A stretch of 64,000 bases of DNA from a virus (IMGVR_UViG_3300032030_002018); one strand, 5' to 3'. Shown: positions 30,019 through 40,290, numbered from the stretch's first letter. A program made the numbers and translations. The notes: generated by a model not told the origin, from the letters alone.

Positions 30019-30431
30019 ATTTTCTTATTTTCTTTTAACCAACAAATCATTCCAAATACAGCATCAAACAAGTTTTCTTCTGAATACTCTGAATGAATGC
30101 AACCATCCCAACAATTTCTATATGTGCAAATATAAAAATCAGAATGACTTTCTGTATCAACATAATTTTCATCATTTTTCTCACCATTTGGCACCAACTC
30201 CAACAATGCAGAAAGACTCCAAGCAGGAATAAAATGGACAAACTTATTTTCTCTATCTTTCAATTCTTCAAATGTATTACATCCCCAAGTAGAAAGAATA
30301 TGAAAATTATATGAATGTGTTTCTTTCTCTTTATCAAAAACATCTGCACAAAAAATATCAGCAGTTTTGGGGTCAATTCCAAGTTCAATAAGTTTATTGG
30401 ATTGTTCTAATGAGGTACAAATTTTACTCAT
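30015..30431 (-). CDS. Paralog family F6
   Basis: CTSLEQS.KL.ELG...TAD...PAWSLSALL. Confidence 0.75.
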   Translation of the reverse strand: MSKICTSLEQSNKLIELGIDPKTADIFCADVFDKEKETHSYNFHILSTWGCNTFEELKDRENKFVHFIPAWSLSALLELVPNGEKNDENYVDTESHSDFYICTYRNCWDGCIHSEYSEENLFDAVFGMICWLKENKKI

Positions 30432-30463
30432 ATTTTTTTAATTTATTTGGTTTAATAACAATC

Positions 30464-30495
30464 CAAATGTAAGCAATTTATTTTGTTATTCCAAA
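30464..30495 (-). promoter_or_regulatory. Bacteroidota-type promoter
   Basis: TTTG-N20-TACATTTG. Confidence 0.8.
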
Positions 30496-30514
30496 TTATT
30501 ATGGTTAAAATATG

Positions 30515-30718
30515 TTAATCAGATGATTTATCATAAATCAAAGCGATATTATCATCAGTATATCCTCCAAGTGTTAGTTTCTCAATACAGTCAATGTCAT
30601 TGTATGGAAATTCATAACTAGTCTTATATATAGAAATTGCCTCTTCAATAGTATCGGCAACAACTATTGATTTATTAACCTTCCATACGTGTGTATATTT
30701 TATGTCTTCCTTTTTCAT
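30515..30718 (-). CDS. Hypothetical protein, paralog of 33213..33395
   Basis: YTxxWKxN..xVV..I..AI. Confidence 0.65.
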   Translation of the reverse strand: MKKEDIKYTHVWKVNKSIVVADTIEEAISIYKTSYEFPYNDIDCIEKLTLGGYTDDNIALIYDKSSD

Positions 30719-30957
30719 AATCTTTCAATTTCGTCATTATATTTTTTGATTTGTCTAAGAACAAATTCATACACAGTGTTATATAGTTCTTGATAGCCGT
30801 CTACAAATTTTCCAATACTGCAAACTATATCTGAAGGTGTGTGACGAAAGGATGCAACTGATATGTTGTTGTTGCTTCTTAAAGAATCCCTGAATTTCTC
30901 CCAGTATTTTCTTTTTTCTTCAATTTCGTGCAGTTTTTCAATTGTTTCCTTTTTCAT
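30715..30957 (-). CDS. Hypothetical protein
   Basis: ORF. Confidence 0.6.
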   Translation of the reverse strand: MKKETIEKLHEIEEKRKYWEKFRDSLRSNNNISVASFRHTPSDIVCSIGKFVDGYQELYNTVYEFVLRQIKKYNDEIERL

Positions 30958-31297
30958 TTGTATATTCCTCGTTTTAATAAGTTTTCTCTTTCCCTTTCAA
31001 AATATTCCATTTGTAACGGTGTAACATTTTCAATCCATTCACTAATATATTTATAATATTTTGGATGCCAATTCATCCTGCATCTCCATTCCAAATATGT
31101 TTTCATTATAGTGGATTACTTTGAATTAAATAATATATATCCTCAACAGTAACCCCCAATGGTGCGTCACTGCCTCTCAATCCATACTTGATGATTACCA
31201 ATAAATCATCTGTTGTTAACTTATCAAGATATTCTTGTATCTTGTCTTTATCAATATTATTTTTAGACATATACATATATTTTTTTGGTTTTCATCG

Positions 31298-31355
31298 CAA
31301 ATGTACATAATTTTTTTTGAATAAGCAAATTTTTTGCCAAGAACTTGATATTTAT
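31298..31355. promoter_or_regulatory. Divergent pair: minus-strand Bacteroidota promoter and plus-strand ATATTTAT motif
   Basis: -7 box 31298-31305, -33 box 31326-31329; ATATTTAT 31348-31355. Confidence 0.7.
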
Positions 31356-31371
31356 ATAAAAAAAAATCACA

Positions 31372-32067
31372 ATGAGAATACAAGAAAATAAGATTAGAAG
31401 GATAGTGTCAGAATCCGTCAGAAAAGTACTCAGGGAATGGGGAAATGAAGGATACGACGAACAATGGGAAGAAGAAATAGAAATGTTCCTTGACGGGTTG
31501 AAAAATGGAAGCGCAATATGTGGCGAAAATGCTGTTTATGTTAATTATGAGGATGATGAAGACAGATACATATATCTTAGACGAGGTGATAGAAGATTAT
31601 GCGACGACAACTATTATATTCAGCACAGTAGAACATTGGACAATGAGGAAATGAAAACCATATTAAATGCATTGAGTAGGTATTATGGAGAAGATTGGTC
31701 TGATGAATATTATGATATTTATGAAGATGAATATTATGAGGAAGGAAGAAGAATATCGCGTCAGCCTTTAAGCGAGGCATATGGATATCCTGAAGGAATA
31801 GATGGTTTGGTACTATGTTCAGAAAACGACAGAGAGTGTTATGACATATATTATGGCATTATCAAAATGTTGAAGAAACATTTCCAAAGAGGCGAAGAAT
31901 TGACAGTTGATAGATTGGCGAATTCTTCAATGATGAAGAAATATCAACAGTTTGTATTTAGAAAATTCAGAGGAGAACAGGAAGGTATGAATAAAACAAC
32001 ACCTTACCAGTTTAGACAATACATTGCAGATAGAATGATTTCACAAGTAACAAATGGTGAATATTAA
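31372..32067 (+). CDS. LxE-leader protein (putative capsid-internal or injected protein)
   Basis: IRRIVSESVRKVLRE leader, acidic body. Confidence 0.7.
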   Translation: MRIQENKIRRIVSESVRKVLREWGNEGYDEQWEEEIEMFLDGLKNGSAICGENAVYVNYEDDEDRYIYLRRGDRRLCDDNYYIQHSRTLDNEEMKTILNALSRYYGEDWSDEYYDIYEDEYYEEGRRISRQPLSEAYGYPEGIDGLVLCSENDRECYDIYYGIIKMLKKHFQRGEELTVDRLANSSMMKKYQQFVFRKFRGEQEGMNKTTPYQFRQYIADRMISQVTNGEY

Positions 32068-32069
32068 TT

Positions 32070-32417
32070 ATGAAAAGAGTTCTATTAAATGAAAATGATT
32101 TACGAAGAATGGTAAACTATGCTGTTAAAACCATCTTGTCAGAAGGTAATAATGGCGCGTTGTATCATAATAAGCCTTTTTGGATTGGAAGTGTCAGTCT
32201 GTTAGATGGCGAAATAGAGGAAGTGCATACATTTGAAGAGGCTGAGGATTGTGATTTTCACCATACATTCGTATTCTCATCTCCGCAAGTAGAGAAAATC
32301 AACAACGAAGAAAACGCTATATTCTGGATTGATGATGGAAAAATACAAGGAACTTGGAGAGTTAATGTTCCACAACATATAATACAAAGAATAAGAGGCC
32401 AAATTAAAATACTCTGA
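32070..32417 (+). CDS. LxE-leader protein
   Basis: LNENDLRRMVNYAVKTILSE. Confidence 0.7.
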   Translation: MKRVLLNENDLRRMVNYAVKTILSEGNNGALYHNKPFWIGSVSLLDGEIEEVHTFEEAEDCDFHHTFVFSSPQVEKINNEENAIFWIDDGKIQGTWRVNVPQHIIQRIRGQIKIL

Positions 32418-32432
32418 TTTTTATGTTTTTGT

Positions 32433-32461
32433 TGGGCAGTCTATAATGACTGCCCTTTTTT
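32433..32461. terminator. Terminator between convergent genes
   Basis: GGGCAGTC-TATAAT-GACTGCCC-TTTTT. Confidence 0.8.
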
Positions 32462-33209
32462 ATTTTTCTGATAATATGAAATCATTTATTCTTTTATTTG
32501 TCATATCAACATACTGTTGGAATTTGTCAAATCCAATATAGTCAAATCCATTCTTTATTGCTGATACAGCTACGGTTCCGCTGCCCATAAAAGGGTCAAG
32601 AACAACTTTGTCGTGATTGTCGTTTGGTATGCAATGTAATATATTATCAGGTAACTTTATTGGAAATGGCGCAGGATGCTCACTATTTGTAATGAATGGA
32701 AAATCCCATACTTCTTTCTTGAATTCTGTATCCCTGAACCTATAGAAATCTGGTGAATTTGATTTCGCAAGCCAAAATATAAGTTCTGTTGTTGGTAAGT
32801 ATTTACCTATGTTGACATTATGTGTTGACTTCCTATCCCATATTATTTCCTGTCTAATCTTGAAAGGGGTTTTGAACAACCATTGATATGGAGATACAAT
32901 GCATCCGTGTCCTTTCCATATTCTGTTCTTGTGGTTATAGAACATACTACCGTTTTCTTTCAGCACCCGATAACACTCTGATAAGATGTCAATCTGCCAT
33001 TGTTGGTATTCATCCTCAGGCAGGTTATCAACATTAACATCACCATTGTATGCGATGTTATAAATCCATTTGCCTTTGATGTCGCTATCGTGATTCAATC
33101 CCTTCTTATTATAAGGCGGAGATGTTATGATTACATCTATTGAATTATCGTCAAGCATTCTCAATCCTTCAAGGACATCAACGCAATATATTTTATTTCT
33201 GTCTAACAT
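32460..33209 (-). CDS. DNA N4-C/N6-A methyltransferase, beta class
   Basis: TSPPY, HPAPFP, VLDPFMGSGT. Confidence 0.9.
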   Translation of the reverse strand: MLDRNKIYCVDVLEGLRMLDDNSIDVIITSPPYNKKGLNHDSDIKGKWIYNIAYNGDVNVDNLPEDEYQQWQIDILSECYRVLKENGSMFYNHKNRIWKGHGCIVSPYQWLFKTPFKIRQEIIWDRKSTHNVNIGKYLPTTELIFWLAKSNSPDFYRFRDTEFKKEVWDFPFITNSEHPAPFPIKLPDNILHCIPNDNHDKVVLDPFMGSGTVAVSAIKNGFDYIGFDKFQQYVDMTNKRINDFILSEK

Positions 33210-33212
33210 TTC

Positions 33213-33395
33213 TTACGCGTGGTTTGATATAATAGCATCACAATCTCTGCTTATTGAATCAGTGTACACTGATTTGATTTCATCAATTTGAGCGTCCGGA
33301 TAAACCTCGTAAAATAATTCTATTGCCTTTTGAATGTCACTGCTAACAACAAACTTATTGTTAATTTTCCAAATTCTAGTATACAGATACGCCAT
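33213..33395 (-). CDS. Hypothetical protein, paralog of 30515..30718
   Basis: Motif. Confidence 0.6.
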   Translation of the reverse strand: MAYLYTRIWKINNKFVVSSDIQKAIELFYEVYPDAQIDEIKSVYTDSISRDCDAIISNHA

Positions 33396-33399
33396 ATTT

Positions 33400-34074
33400 T
33401 TATAATTTTAGTTCTTTATCAATTTTTGCAAGTTTCAAGAAATGCTGTAATTCGTGTACATATTTAACATCCATTATGAATGTTCCATTTTCCCTGGTAA
33501 TACAGAATCTATCTTCTCTTGCCTCGATATTATATCCAATATGCGTTACCTCCGGTATATGTCCTAAAACATAAGTCTCAAATACATTAAGATATTTGGT
33601 TTTGTCAAAATTCTTATTTATAAATTCCCTTGATAAAGGTATTGGATAAAAAACGCAACTAGATATATTACAACGTAGTTGTAAAACTTCGTTTACTCCG
33701 TTTCTTCTGCTATAAACAAAATCGCCATACATTAAATCATCCTTTGTGAGAATTGGTTCTGTTTGTAATAGTGTTTTTGCACTTTCATCCCATTCAAAAC
33801 CTGCTGCTTTTAACTTATTATAAAAGTCAATATATTCAATATTGTTTGCAAATCTTTTATCTTCCAATTGCAACGCAAGTTTATGGTTGTAAAAATACAT
33901 AAATGAGCTATTTGCAATCATACAATAAGCAGATGTAAATAAAATACCGCGTTCTTCTGTAACAGTTCCGTCACAAAGATATATTTGGTGTGATATTTCG
34001 CTAATCAAAACATCGCCATTCTTCAAGTTCTTAATATCTTTCTTATCCATCGATTTTTTTCTCAAAAAATTCAA
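33400..34074 (-). CDS. Hypothetical protein (YVHELQH motif)
   Basis: ORF. Confidence 0.7.
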   Translation of the reverse strand: MNFLRKKSMDKKDIKNLKNGDVLISEISHQIYLCDGTVTEERGILFTSAYCMIANSSFMYFYNHKLALQLEDKRFANNIEYIDFYNKLKAAGFEWDESAKTLLQTEPILTKDDLMYGDFVYSRRNGVNEVLQLRCNISSCVFYPIPLSREFINKNFDKTKYLNVFETYVLGHIPEVTHIGYNIEAREDRFCITRENGTFIMDVKYVHELQHFLKLAKIDKELKL

Positions 34075-34870
34075 CTATTTTTTTAATTTCAACTATTTTA
34101 CCAACATTTGTTGAATCCTTGTCATTCAATTTCTCATTTATTATTGATAAGACAAACATAATACCAATTTTATTTGCATTGATTAAAAGTTCTTCCCATT
34201 TGTTCAGTTTAATACCACTGTCACAATCGTTGAAAACTTTTTTCATAACGCTTAAAGAATTCGACAAATCCAATTCCTTTCCACACGATTTATATGTAAC
34301 AGAATCATTGTTTGAGTCTTCTTTTTTGGATTGGATTTCTCTTATTTCCTCATAATTCAATTCATCAGCAGGTGTGAAAGGATATACTCCTTTATCTTTT
34401 GAATAGCACAAGTTAGCCTTTTTAAGTTCTTCAATATAATCTGACTCCTGTTTCTCTGACGCAAATACAAACTCATTAATCGGTGCTACGAAAATATCAC
34501 CAGTAATGGCATAGCATACAAGTTCATCACAACCGTTATTACCGTTTGCATCATAACTGAAATATTTTTTATCCTTTACAATATAAACATTTCCGTTGAT
34601 ATTAACAACAAAATCCCCAACTTTGAATAAATACTTTCCCCATTCACTCCAATTTCTACACACGCGTTCTGGCCACAAAGAACAAGGATATGAATCATCG
34701 CCAATAAGCTGTCCAAAATTAGAAAAAGAAAAATACTTGTCACCGTCACTTACAATTACCTTTTCATCTGTTGAAATTTCCCTGTATTCTACATATCCAA
34801 ATGAATCAGACCATAATCTCAATCCAGGTCTCGCATTTCTCAAAACTTCGCAAACATTAAACATTTCCAT
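34043..34870 (-). CDS. Hypothetical protein
   Basis: 275-aa ORF. Confidence 0.7.
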   Translation of the reverse strand: MEMFNVCEVLRNARPGLRLWSDSFGYVEYREISTDEKVIVSDGDKYFSFSNFGQLIGDDSYPCSLWPERVCRNWSEWGKYLFKVGDFVVNINGNVYIVKDKKYFSYDANGNNGCDELVCYAITGDIFVAPINEFVFASEKQESDYIEELKKANLCYSKDKGVYPFTPADELNYEEIREIQSKKEDSNNDSVTYKSCGKELDLSNSLSVMKKVFNDCDSGIKLNKWEELLINANKIGIMFVLSIINEKLNDKDSTNVGKIVEIKKIVEFFEKKIDG

Positions 34871-34885
34871 TTGTTTTTAATAAAT

Positions 34886-35599
34886 TTATCCTTTTATTTC
34901 TTTCATTTTTGCAATCGCTTTCTCATCGTGTTCCCACAGATAATAATCAACTTTTTTCTTTTTGTCTTTCTGAAATACCCAAAACACACTGTTATAATTC
35001 CTTGCGTGTTGCTGCTCTTTTATCTGTCCGCTCAACAACCTTGATTTCGCATTCAGATTGAACTTGTCCAATGTTGTAAAACCAGCCTTTTCAGCCTCCA
35101 ACCAAGTATATTCCTCATTTGCGTAGAACCTTGAACTTGATATGGTATTCTGGCATTTCACGACAAATATTCCACCATCCTTCAATATTCTGTAAGCTTC
35201 ATTTATCCAATGATGATAAGACTCGTGTAGTTCATACATTGGATAATAAGAAGAAAACCTCTTTGATATTATACAGCTTCCGTCCTTGATTGGCTTATCA
35301 GTTCTTGGACCACATACAAAAGGTGGGTCAAACATAATACTTAAAACGGATTCATCCTCTAACGGCAAAGAACCCCAGGGTTCAATCTTAACAACATCTT
35401 CCAATTGTGGGAATACATCAAATTTAAGAATTGGTTCAGGAACTTCTATGTCCTTACTGTTCTTCTTTTTATAAAATCCACCAGTACTGTACGTTATATC
35501 AACATCAAATGGGTTTCCATTATTATGCATATTGATAATATTCATAATAATCTCCTTTTGATTAGTGGACACATTTCTTATAACTTCATTATACTCCAT
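34886..35599 (-). CDS. Phage DNA adenine methyltransferase-like protein
   Basis: DITYSTGGFY (SAM-binding motif), FDPPF, RILKDGG. Confidence 0.8.
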   Translation of the reverse strand: MEYNEVIRNVSTNQKEIIMNIINMHNNGNPFDVDITYSTGGFYKKKNSKDIEVPEPILKFDVFPQLEDVVKIEPWGSLPLEDESVLSIMFDPPFVCGPRTDKPIKDGSCIISKRFSSYYPMYELHESYHHWINEAYRILKDGGIFVVKCQNTISSSRFYANEEYTWLEAEKAGFTTLDKFNLNAKSRLLSGQIKEQQHARNYNSVFWVFQKDKKKKVDYYLWEHDEKAIAKMKEIKG

Positions 35600-35883
35600 T
35601 TAAAAATCGTATTTTTTAATTCTTTTGTTTTTAACGGTATTTTTGTTGTGTCTAATTGTTTAATGTTGTTGAACACGTCAAAAAAAGACAAATAACTGTA
35701 AGTATGTGCAATAGCCTTAACATCCAATAAAGTTCCATCTTTTGAAACAATTGTGGAGTACTCTTTTTGTTTTAAAATATCTAACAAACATTGTAACCAT
35801 TTACTGTTTTCATTACTACATCCATCAATTGCTTTCTGTGCGGACGAAACAATTTCCTCATAATTACGATATCTAGTTACCAT
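35578..35883 (-). CDS. Hypothetical protein
   Basis: ORF after promoter. Confidence 0.55.
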   Translation of the reverse strand: MVTRYRNYEEIVSSAQKAIDGCSNENSKWLQCLLDILKQKEYSTIVSKDGTLLDVKAIAHTYSYLSFFDVFNNIKQLDTTKIPLKTKELKNTIFKWSIMKL

Positions 35884-35900
35884 CTATTTCATTTTTTTAG

Positions 35901-35949
35901 CAAATATATACAAATATTTTAAGAAAAACAAATATATTAAGATATTTAT
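35901..35949. promoter_or_regulatory. Divergent pair: minus-strand Bacteroidota promoter and plus-strand ATATTTAT motif
   Basis: -7 box 35901-35908, -33 box 35929-35932; ATATTTAT 35942-35949. Confidence 0.7.
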
Positions 35950-35982
35950 TAAGAAAAATAAGAATTTTATAATAGATATAAT

Positions 35983-36366
35983 ATGAAAAAGAGAATTAGA
36001 CTAACAGAATCTGACTTGCATAGAATCGTGAATGAGTCAGTGAAAAGAGTGTTGAGAGAAGGTGGACATTTATATTGGACTGATGATGAAGGTAATGCAC
36101 ATACAAATTCAACAGATTTATATAGAGGTGTTGATGGTGCGATATTGGTAAGTCACGGAGAATGGTCAGACCCTGAAATATTGTATAAAAAACATTCTAT
36201 TAACTATTGGGACGCAGAAGAATTACTTTGGAGTCATTATAAAGACTTTTGTGAAGAGAATGGTATAGAACCAACAGAAGACAAATTTGATGAATATGTT
36301 GAAGAATATGAGGATGTTGAAGGTGCCCTTGATGACCTTGTTTGGGCATTAGATGGAAATCCATAA
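35983..36366 (+). CDS. LxE-leader protein
   Basis: MKKRIRLTESDLHRIVNESVKRVLRE. Confidence 0.75.
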   Translation: MKKRIRLTESDLHRIVNESVKRVLREGGHLYWTDDEGNAHTNSTDLYRGVDGAILVSHGEWSDPEILYKKHSINYWDAEELLWSHYKDFCEENGIEPTEDKFDEYVEEYEDVEGALDDLVWALDGNP

Positions 36367-36386
36367 TTGACTATTATTATAACATA

Positions 36387-36426
36387 AAAACGGTGAGTTT
36401 AATTAAAAACTCACCGTTTCTTTTTT
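36387..36426. terminator. Terminator
   Basis: AAACGGTGAGTTT...AAACTCACCGTTT then T run. Confidence 0.8.
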
Positions 36427-36464
36427 AAATTCACACTTACTTAATTTTTCTCAATTAAAAGATA

Positions 36465-36893
36465 TTAGCACATATCGCTAATACCTTTAACATACAGTCT
36501 TGTATTAAGCACAATCAGATACTTTCTGTATTGTTCCCTATCCAATGTGTAATACACATTCCTAAGGTTATACTTAATGAGGTTCTCATATATCCTGCTC
36601 TTAGTGTCAATGAACTCTATATAAGGTACAGAGTCAAACTCCTCAATCAGGATGTTGTGGAACTTCTCAAACGAATCCTTCTGACTGTCATCAATCTCAA
36701 TGAACTCCTCAATCTTGTTCACATCATCAATCATCGTTTCAAGACTGTCAACAGTAATAGTATCTTTTACACTCTTTGAATGTGATGGCGTACTCATCCC
36801 GAGTACGAATACTACCATAAATAATAACATTTTTTTCATTTCGCTCTTACTTTTTACTATAATTTTTATCATTTTACTCCACTGTGTGCGCAC
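36465..36893 (-). CDS. Exported helical protein
   Basis: MKKMLLF signal peptide. Confidence 0.65.
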   Translation of the reverse strand: MRTQWSKMIKIIVKSKSEMKKMLLFMVVFVLGMSTPSHSKSVKDTITVDSLETMIDDVNKIEEFIEIDDSQKDSFEKFHNILIEEFDSVPYIEFIDTKSRIYENLIKYNLRNVYYTLDREQYRKYLIVLNTRLYVKGISDMC

Positions 36894-37023
36894 ACAGCGA
36901 AAGTTTATAAAAAAAACCCGCAGTTTACCCTTGGGAGTTACTTAACTAATATTTTTTCGCACTTCTATAATATAAATATATCGAACTTTCAAAAAGTATC
37001 GATTTTTTTTAATTTCAACAATG

Positions 37024-37071
37024 CAAATATACATAAAATATATGTAAAAACCAAATTTTTTAGATATTTAT
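37024..37071. promoter_or_regulatory. Divergent pair: minus-strand Bacteroidota promoter and plus-strand ATATTTAT motif
   Basis: -7 box 37024-37031, -33 box 37052-37055; ATATTTAT 37064-37071. Confidence 0.7.
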
Positions 37072-37092
37072 TTAATAAAAAATAGCAATGTT

Positions 37093-37629
37093 ATGAGAAA
37101 AAGGATAAGATTAACTGAAAATGAGTTAAATTCTTTAGTGAACAAATCTGTTAAAAGGATATTAAGTGAAACACACTGGCGAACGAGTTTAGATGCATAT
37201 AATAAATCGTCAGAATTGGTAGACGGTGTTTACCACATAATAGATAATCTTAGGGAGGTTGAAAGTTTTTTAAGAGACTATGCTGAATCTGTTAAAGGAG
37301 CAAAACCAATGTATGTTAAATTTGCAGGGTACATAGATGAAATATTCAACTATCTTATGAGAAAACACGACCAAATGTCGAATTTTGAAGAACTTTCTGA
37401 CGAAAATTTTAAAAATCAGCACGATGGAAAAACATTATCTCAATATACGGATGATTTTGAAAATGAAACTATGAGAGATGACTTTGAAGGGTTTAATGAT
37501 ACCAACGACCCAAGTGGTAAAAAAAGAAAATTCCAAGATTATTATGACGGTCCAAGTACTTACCAAAGAAGAACTGGGGAATACATACCAAATCCGGACT
37601 ATTATGAAAAATCAAGAAGGGCTAGGTAA
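37093..37629 (+). CDS. LxE-leader protein
   Basis: MRKRIRLTENELNSLVNKSVKRILSE. Confidence 0.75.
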   Translation: MRKRIRLTENELNSLVNKSVKRILSETHWRTSLDAYNKSSELVDGVYHIIDNLREVESFLRDYAESVKGAKPMYVKFAGYIDEIFNYLMRKHDQMSNFEELSDENFKNQHDGKTLSQYTDDFENETMRDDFEGFNDTNDPSGKKRKFQDYYDGPSTYQRRTGEYIPNPDYYEKSRRAR

Positions 37630-37656
37630 AATCTATTCTAATTACCATATGGTAAA

Positions 37657-37691
37657 AAAAATGAGCAATCTTTAAACGGATTGCTCATTTT
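37657..37691. terminator. Terminator between convergent genes
   Basis: AAAATGAGCAATC...GATTGCTCATTTT. Confidence 0.75.
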
Positions 37692-38607
37692 CTTGTTCTG
37701 ATGATACTTGTTCGACTGTTTCAATGTCTTCTTTATATCTTTCTTTTGCTATTTTCAAAAAATCAGTTGGATTAACATTTATATCATTTACAGTGCTTCC
37801 AAGATTATCGTTCAGGAATATAATTTTTTCTCCATCTACTGTAGCCACTATATATAATATAGATTTATGTTCAAAGTTAGTATAATTAAACTTCAATCCT
37901 TGAATTCTTTGAATAAAATCATCTACTACAGCCTTATCAGCGCCAGAATCAACCAATTGTCTAACTCCGCTAATAGGCGATTTAGGTGGTAGATAATTTG
38001 CGACTTGTTCTTTTGTCAATTCAGCTGTTATGTGCCCTGACTTATCAATGATATAATATCTTGAATTAATATTGGCTCCGTATGTATTTTGAGGGGTATA
38101 AGAATTACCTTTTTTCTCATCGTTTTCACCATTATATGTTTTTACGTGATGACTGTAATCCATATCTTTGGTATAAGCCTTTTTCTTCCCCATCGGGTCA
38201 ATTCCAAATTCTCCTCTTATAGTGTTAACATCGTTTTTGTATTTATCATATAAGGCATTAACTCTATCAGTTTTATTAAATCTGAAATTATAACTTGTTA
38301 ATTTGATTATGCCTCCAATTTCTCCTTCGTATCCCATTTCCTTACCAAATGATTCATAATCGTCATAACCTTTCTTTCTATTAGTCAGAGGATTTATACG
38401 TTGAACCTTTGGCAGAACTAACTTTGCACTATTCACATAACCAATTGTAACGAACTTGTTGTTTCCAATCTTATCCAAAATATCAAATAAAACGTTTGGA
38501 GACTCAACTTTTCTGGCTTCAGTCAACATCTTTGAAGACTTAAAACCATTAATGTTCTCCATTAATGACAATATTCTGTTTAATTCTTTGCAATCTTTTC
38601 TTTCCAT
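37672..38607 (-). CDS. Hypothetical protein, possible LxE-type leader
   Basis: ELNRILSLME...MLTE. Confidence 0.75.
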   Translation of the reverse strand: MERKDCKELNRILSLMENINGFKSSKMLTEARKVESPNVLFDILDKIGNNKFVTIGYVNSAKLVLPKVQRINPLTNRKKGYDDYESFGKEMGYEGEIGGIIKLTSYNFRFNKTDRVNALYDKYKNDVNTIRGEFGIDPMGKKKAYTKDMDYSHHVKTYNGENDEKKGNSYTPQNTYGANINSRYYIIDKSGHITAELTKEQVANYLPPKSPISGVRQLVDSGADKAVVDDFIQRIQGLKFNYTNFEHKSILYIVATVDGEKIIFLNDNLGSTVNDINVNPTDFLKIAKERYKEDIETVEQVSSEQENEQSV

Positions 38608-38648
38608 TGATATGTAATTTATTTTTTTTTATTTAATCATCATCTTCA

Positions 38649-38915
38649 CAGTATGTTAAAACTTGAACAAACTTGTCTGTCCATTATTAACTTCTTGCTT
38701 CAACCTACCACTGCTTTTTAGTGCCTCATCACTGAGTCTGTCATCCACAGTTGGATAGTCCACAAGCATAAATTCTGTAGTACTGCTACCTACTATTCTT
38801 AAACCTTCATCAAGTATGTTTAACGCTGCATTGTAGTCTCGCTCAATCACTTCACCACAAACAGGGCATAACCATTGTCTGTCACTCAACTTCAGTTCTT
38901 TATTGCTCTTAACAT
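38649..38915 (-). pseudogene. tnpB: IS607-type tnpB with large internal deletion, retaining the omegaRNA/right end (about 38649-38790)
   Basis: MLRAIK joined out of frame via AATAAAG microhomology to [27 protein letters not shown]. Confidence 0.8.
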
Positions 38916-38926
38916 AAATTTCCTAT

Positions 38927-39022
38927 TTAATCATCTTCTGTACACCACATACCACCAGGACAACTTGTGTCATTAAACGGACAGTCGGTACATTTATCTT
39001 TATTTTCTTCTTTGTTGTTCAT
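38927..39022 (-). CDS. 31-aa Cys-rich peptide (CTDCPFNDTSCPGGMWC)
   Basis: Manual translation; ATGA-coupled. Confidence 0.5.
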   Translation of the reverse strand: MNNKEENKDKCTDCPFNDTSCPGGMWCTEDD

Positions 39023-39300
39023 TTTCTTCTGTTAAATTCATCTATAATATTTTGTGACGGTTTGCCAACTGATGCCAAATACTTATAGTAAAGTTTTTTG
39101 CAAACAAATGGGTTTCCATTACAACCGTCTGTATCTTTATGCGACCAAGGAAGCATACATTCAGGATAGCCATTATCCCACCACTCACATTCGTTTCCAA
39201 ATTCAAAAAGCAATTTATTCGCCTTTCTATTAACAGATGTTCTTTGTTTATTTTTTCCCATCTTTCTTATTTTTTCTCCTTTCAGCACTTCTGCGTCCAT
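39019..39300 (-). CDS. Small Cys-containing protein (probable start MGKNKQ)
   Basis: ORF. Confidence 0.6.
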   Translation of the reverse strand: MDAEVLKGEKIRKMGKNKQRTSVNRKANKLLFEFGNECEWWDNGYPECMLPWSHKDTDGCNGNPFVCKKLYYKYLASVGKPSQNIIDEFNRRK

Positions 39301-39649
39301 AATACTTCCCTGAGAATGAAGCCAACAGTGACATCATATCAGCAGCCAATTCCTCAGTATCAGATACGTCCATACCATTTATCACAATTACCTCACACCC
39401 ATAACTCTCAAACATCTTCTTGATGAACTTGAATTGGAATCGTGTAAGTCTATCCTTATGTTCTATTACCAACTTATTGACCTTTTGTTTTATTATCAAG
39501 TCAGTCAGTTTAACAAAGCCACTTCTATTGTCATTCAAACCACTACCAACATCTTTTATTATATGTGTGACAAGCATTCCTTTCTTGGCGCAATACTCAG
39601 ATAGTCTCTGTGATTGTCTATCCAAATCACCTTTCTGTTTTTGCTCATC
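39248..39649 (-). pseudogene. tnpA: 5'-truncated IS607 serine-recombinase transposase
   Basis: EQKQKGDLDRQ, DVGSGLN, HKDRLTRF, EELAADMMSLLASFSGKYYGRRS; HTH and catalytic YARVS absent. Confidence 0.85.
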
Positions 39650-39752
39650 TTTCTTTCCAATAACCAGGTCTATGTCTATCAGCCTCCTTTAATACTTTAT
39701 TGGTGGCTTCTTGTACGATGTTATTTATTTCGTATTCTGTTATGGGTTTCAT
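39645..39752 (-). pseudogene. Truncated LxE-leader gene fused to the IS607 remnant
   Basis: MKPITEYEINNIVQEATNKVLKEADRHRPGYWKER*; ATATTTAT at 39772-39779. Confidence 0.6.
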
Positions 39753-39842
39753 TTTTTTGTTATCTTTCTATATAAATATGATTCACAATAAAAAAGTTAC
39801 CAATGGTCATTAAACAATTTCCTTGGTAACTTTAAGCAATCA

Positions 39843-40121
39843 TTACTTCTTCTCTTCTTCCTTCTTTGGTGATAAAATGCCAAACAACTTGTCAAGTTCC
39901 TTAATTTTGTCGTTCAGTTCCTGACCATTTACCTCAACAGTAAAATCATTGTTGTTAACCTTATCACCAATCGAACTAATTGTTGACATTACGTCATTCT
40001 TCAACGAATCAAAATACTTCTTTCCAACAATGGTTTGAGCCTCAGTCTTTGAGTAACCGGCTTCAACCAAATTCTTGAATAATTCTTTTCTGAATTCTGA
40101 ATCTAAAATCCTCATAATCAA
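39843..40121 (-). CDS. Hypothetical protein
   Basis: ORF. Confidence 0.7.
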   Translation of the reverse strand: MIMRILDSEFRKELFKNLVEAGYSKTEAQTIVGKKYFDSLKNDVMSTISSIGDKVNNNDFTVEVNGQELNDKIKELDKLFGILSPKKEEEKK

Positions 40122-40144
40122 TACAATAATAATAAAAAAAAATG

Positions 40145-40218
40145 TACATCCTCTGAGATTCGAACTCAGGACCCACAGTTTAGGAAACTGTTGCTCTATC
40201 CAACTGAGCTAAGGATGC
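40145..40218 (-). tRNA. tRNA-Arg(CCT)
   Basis: Full cloverleaf, loop TTCCTAA. Confidence 0.92.
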
Positions 40219-40242
40219 AACATAATTATTTAAATGACATTG

Positions 40243-40274
40243 CAAATGTATATTATTTTTTTGTAAAAACCAAA
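40243..40274 (-). promoter_or_regulatory. Bacteroidota-type promoter for tRNA-Arg
   Basis: TTTG-N20-TACATTTG. Confidence 0.8.
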
Positions 40275-40290
40275 TATTTTAGAAACTATT

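Noticed and set aside
816-30314. Numerous plus-strand ORFs antisense to the minus-strand genes
   Set aside because: Shadow frames with Ser/Phe/Ile-rich composition, no promoter and no motifs
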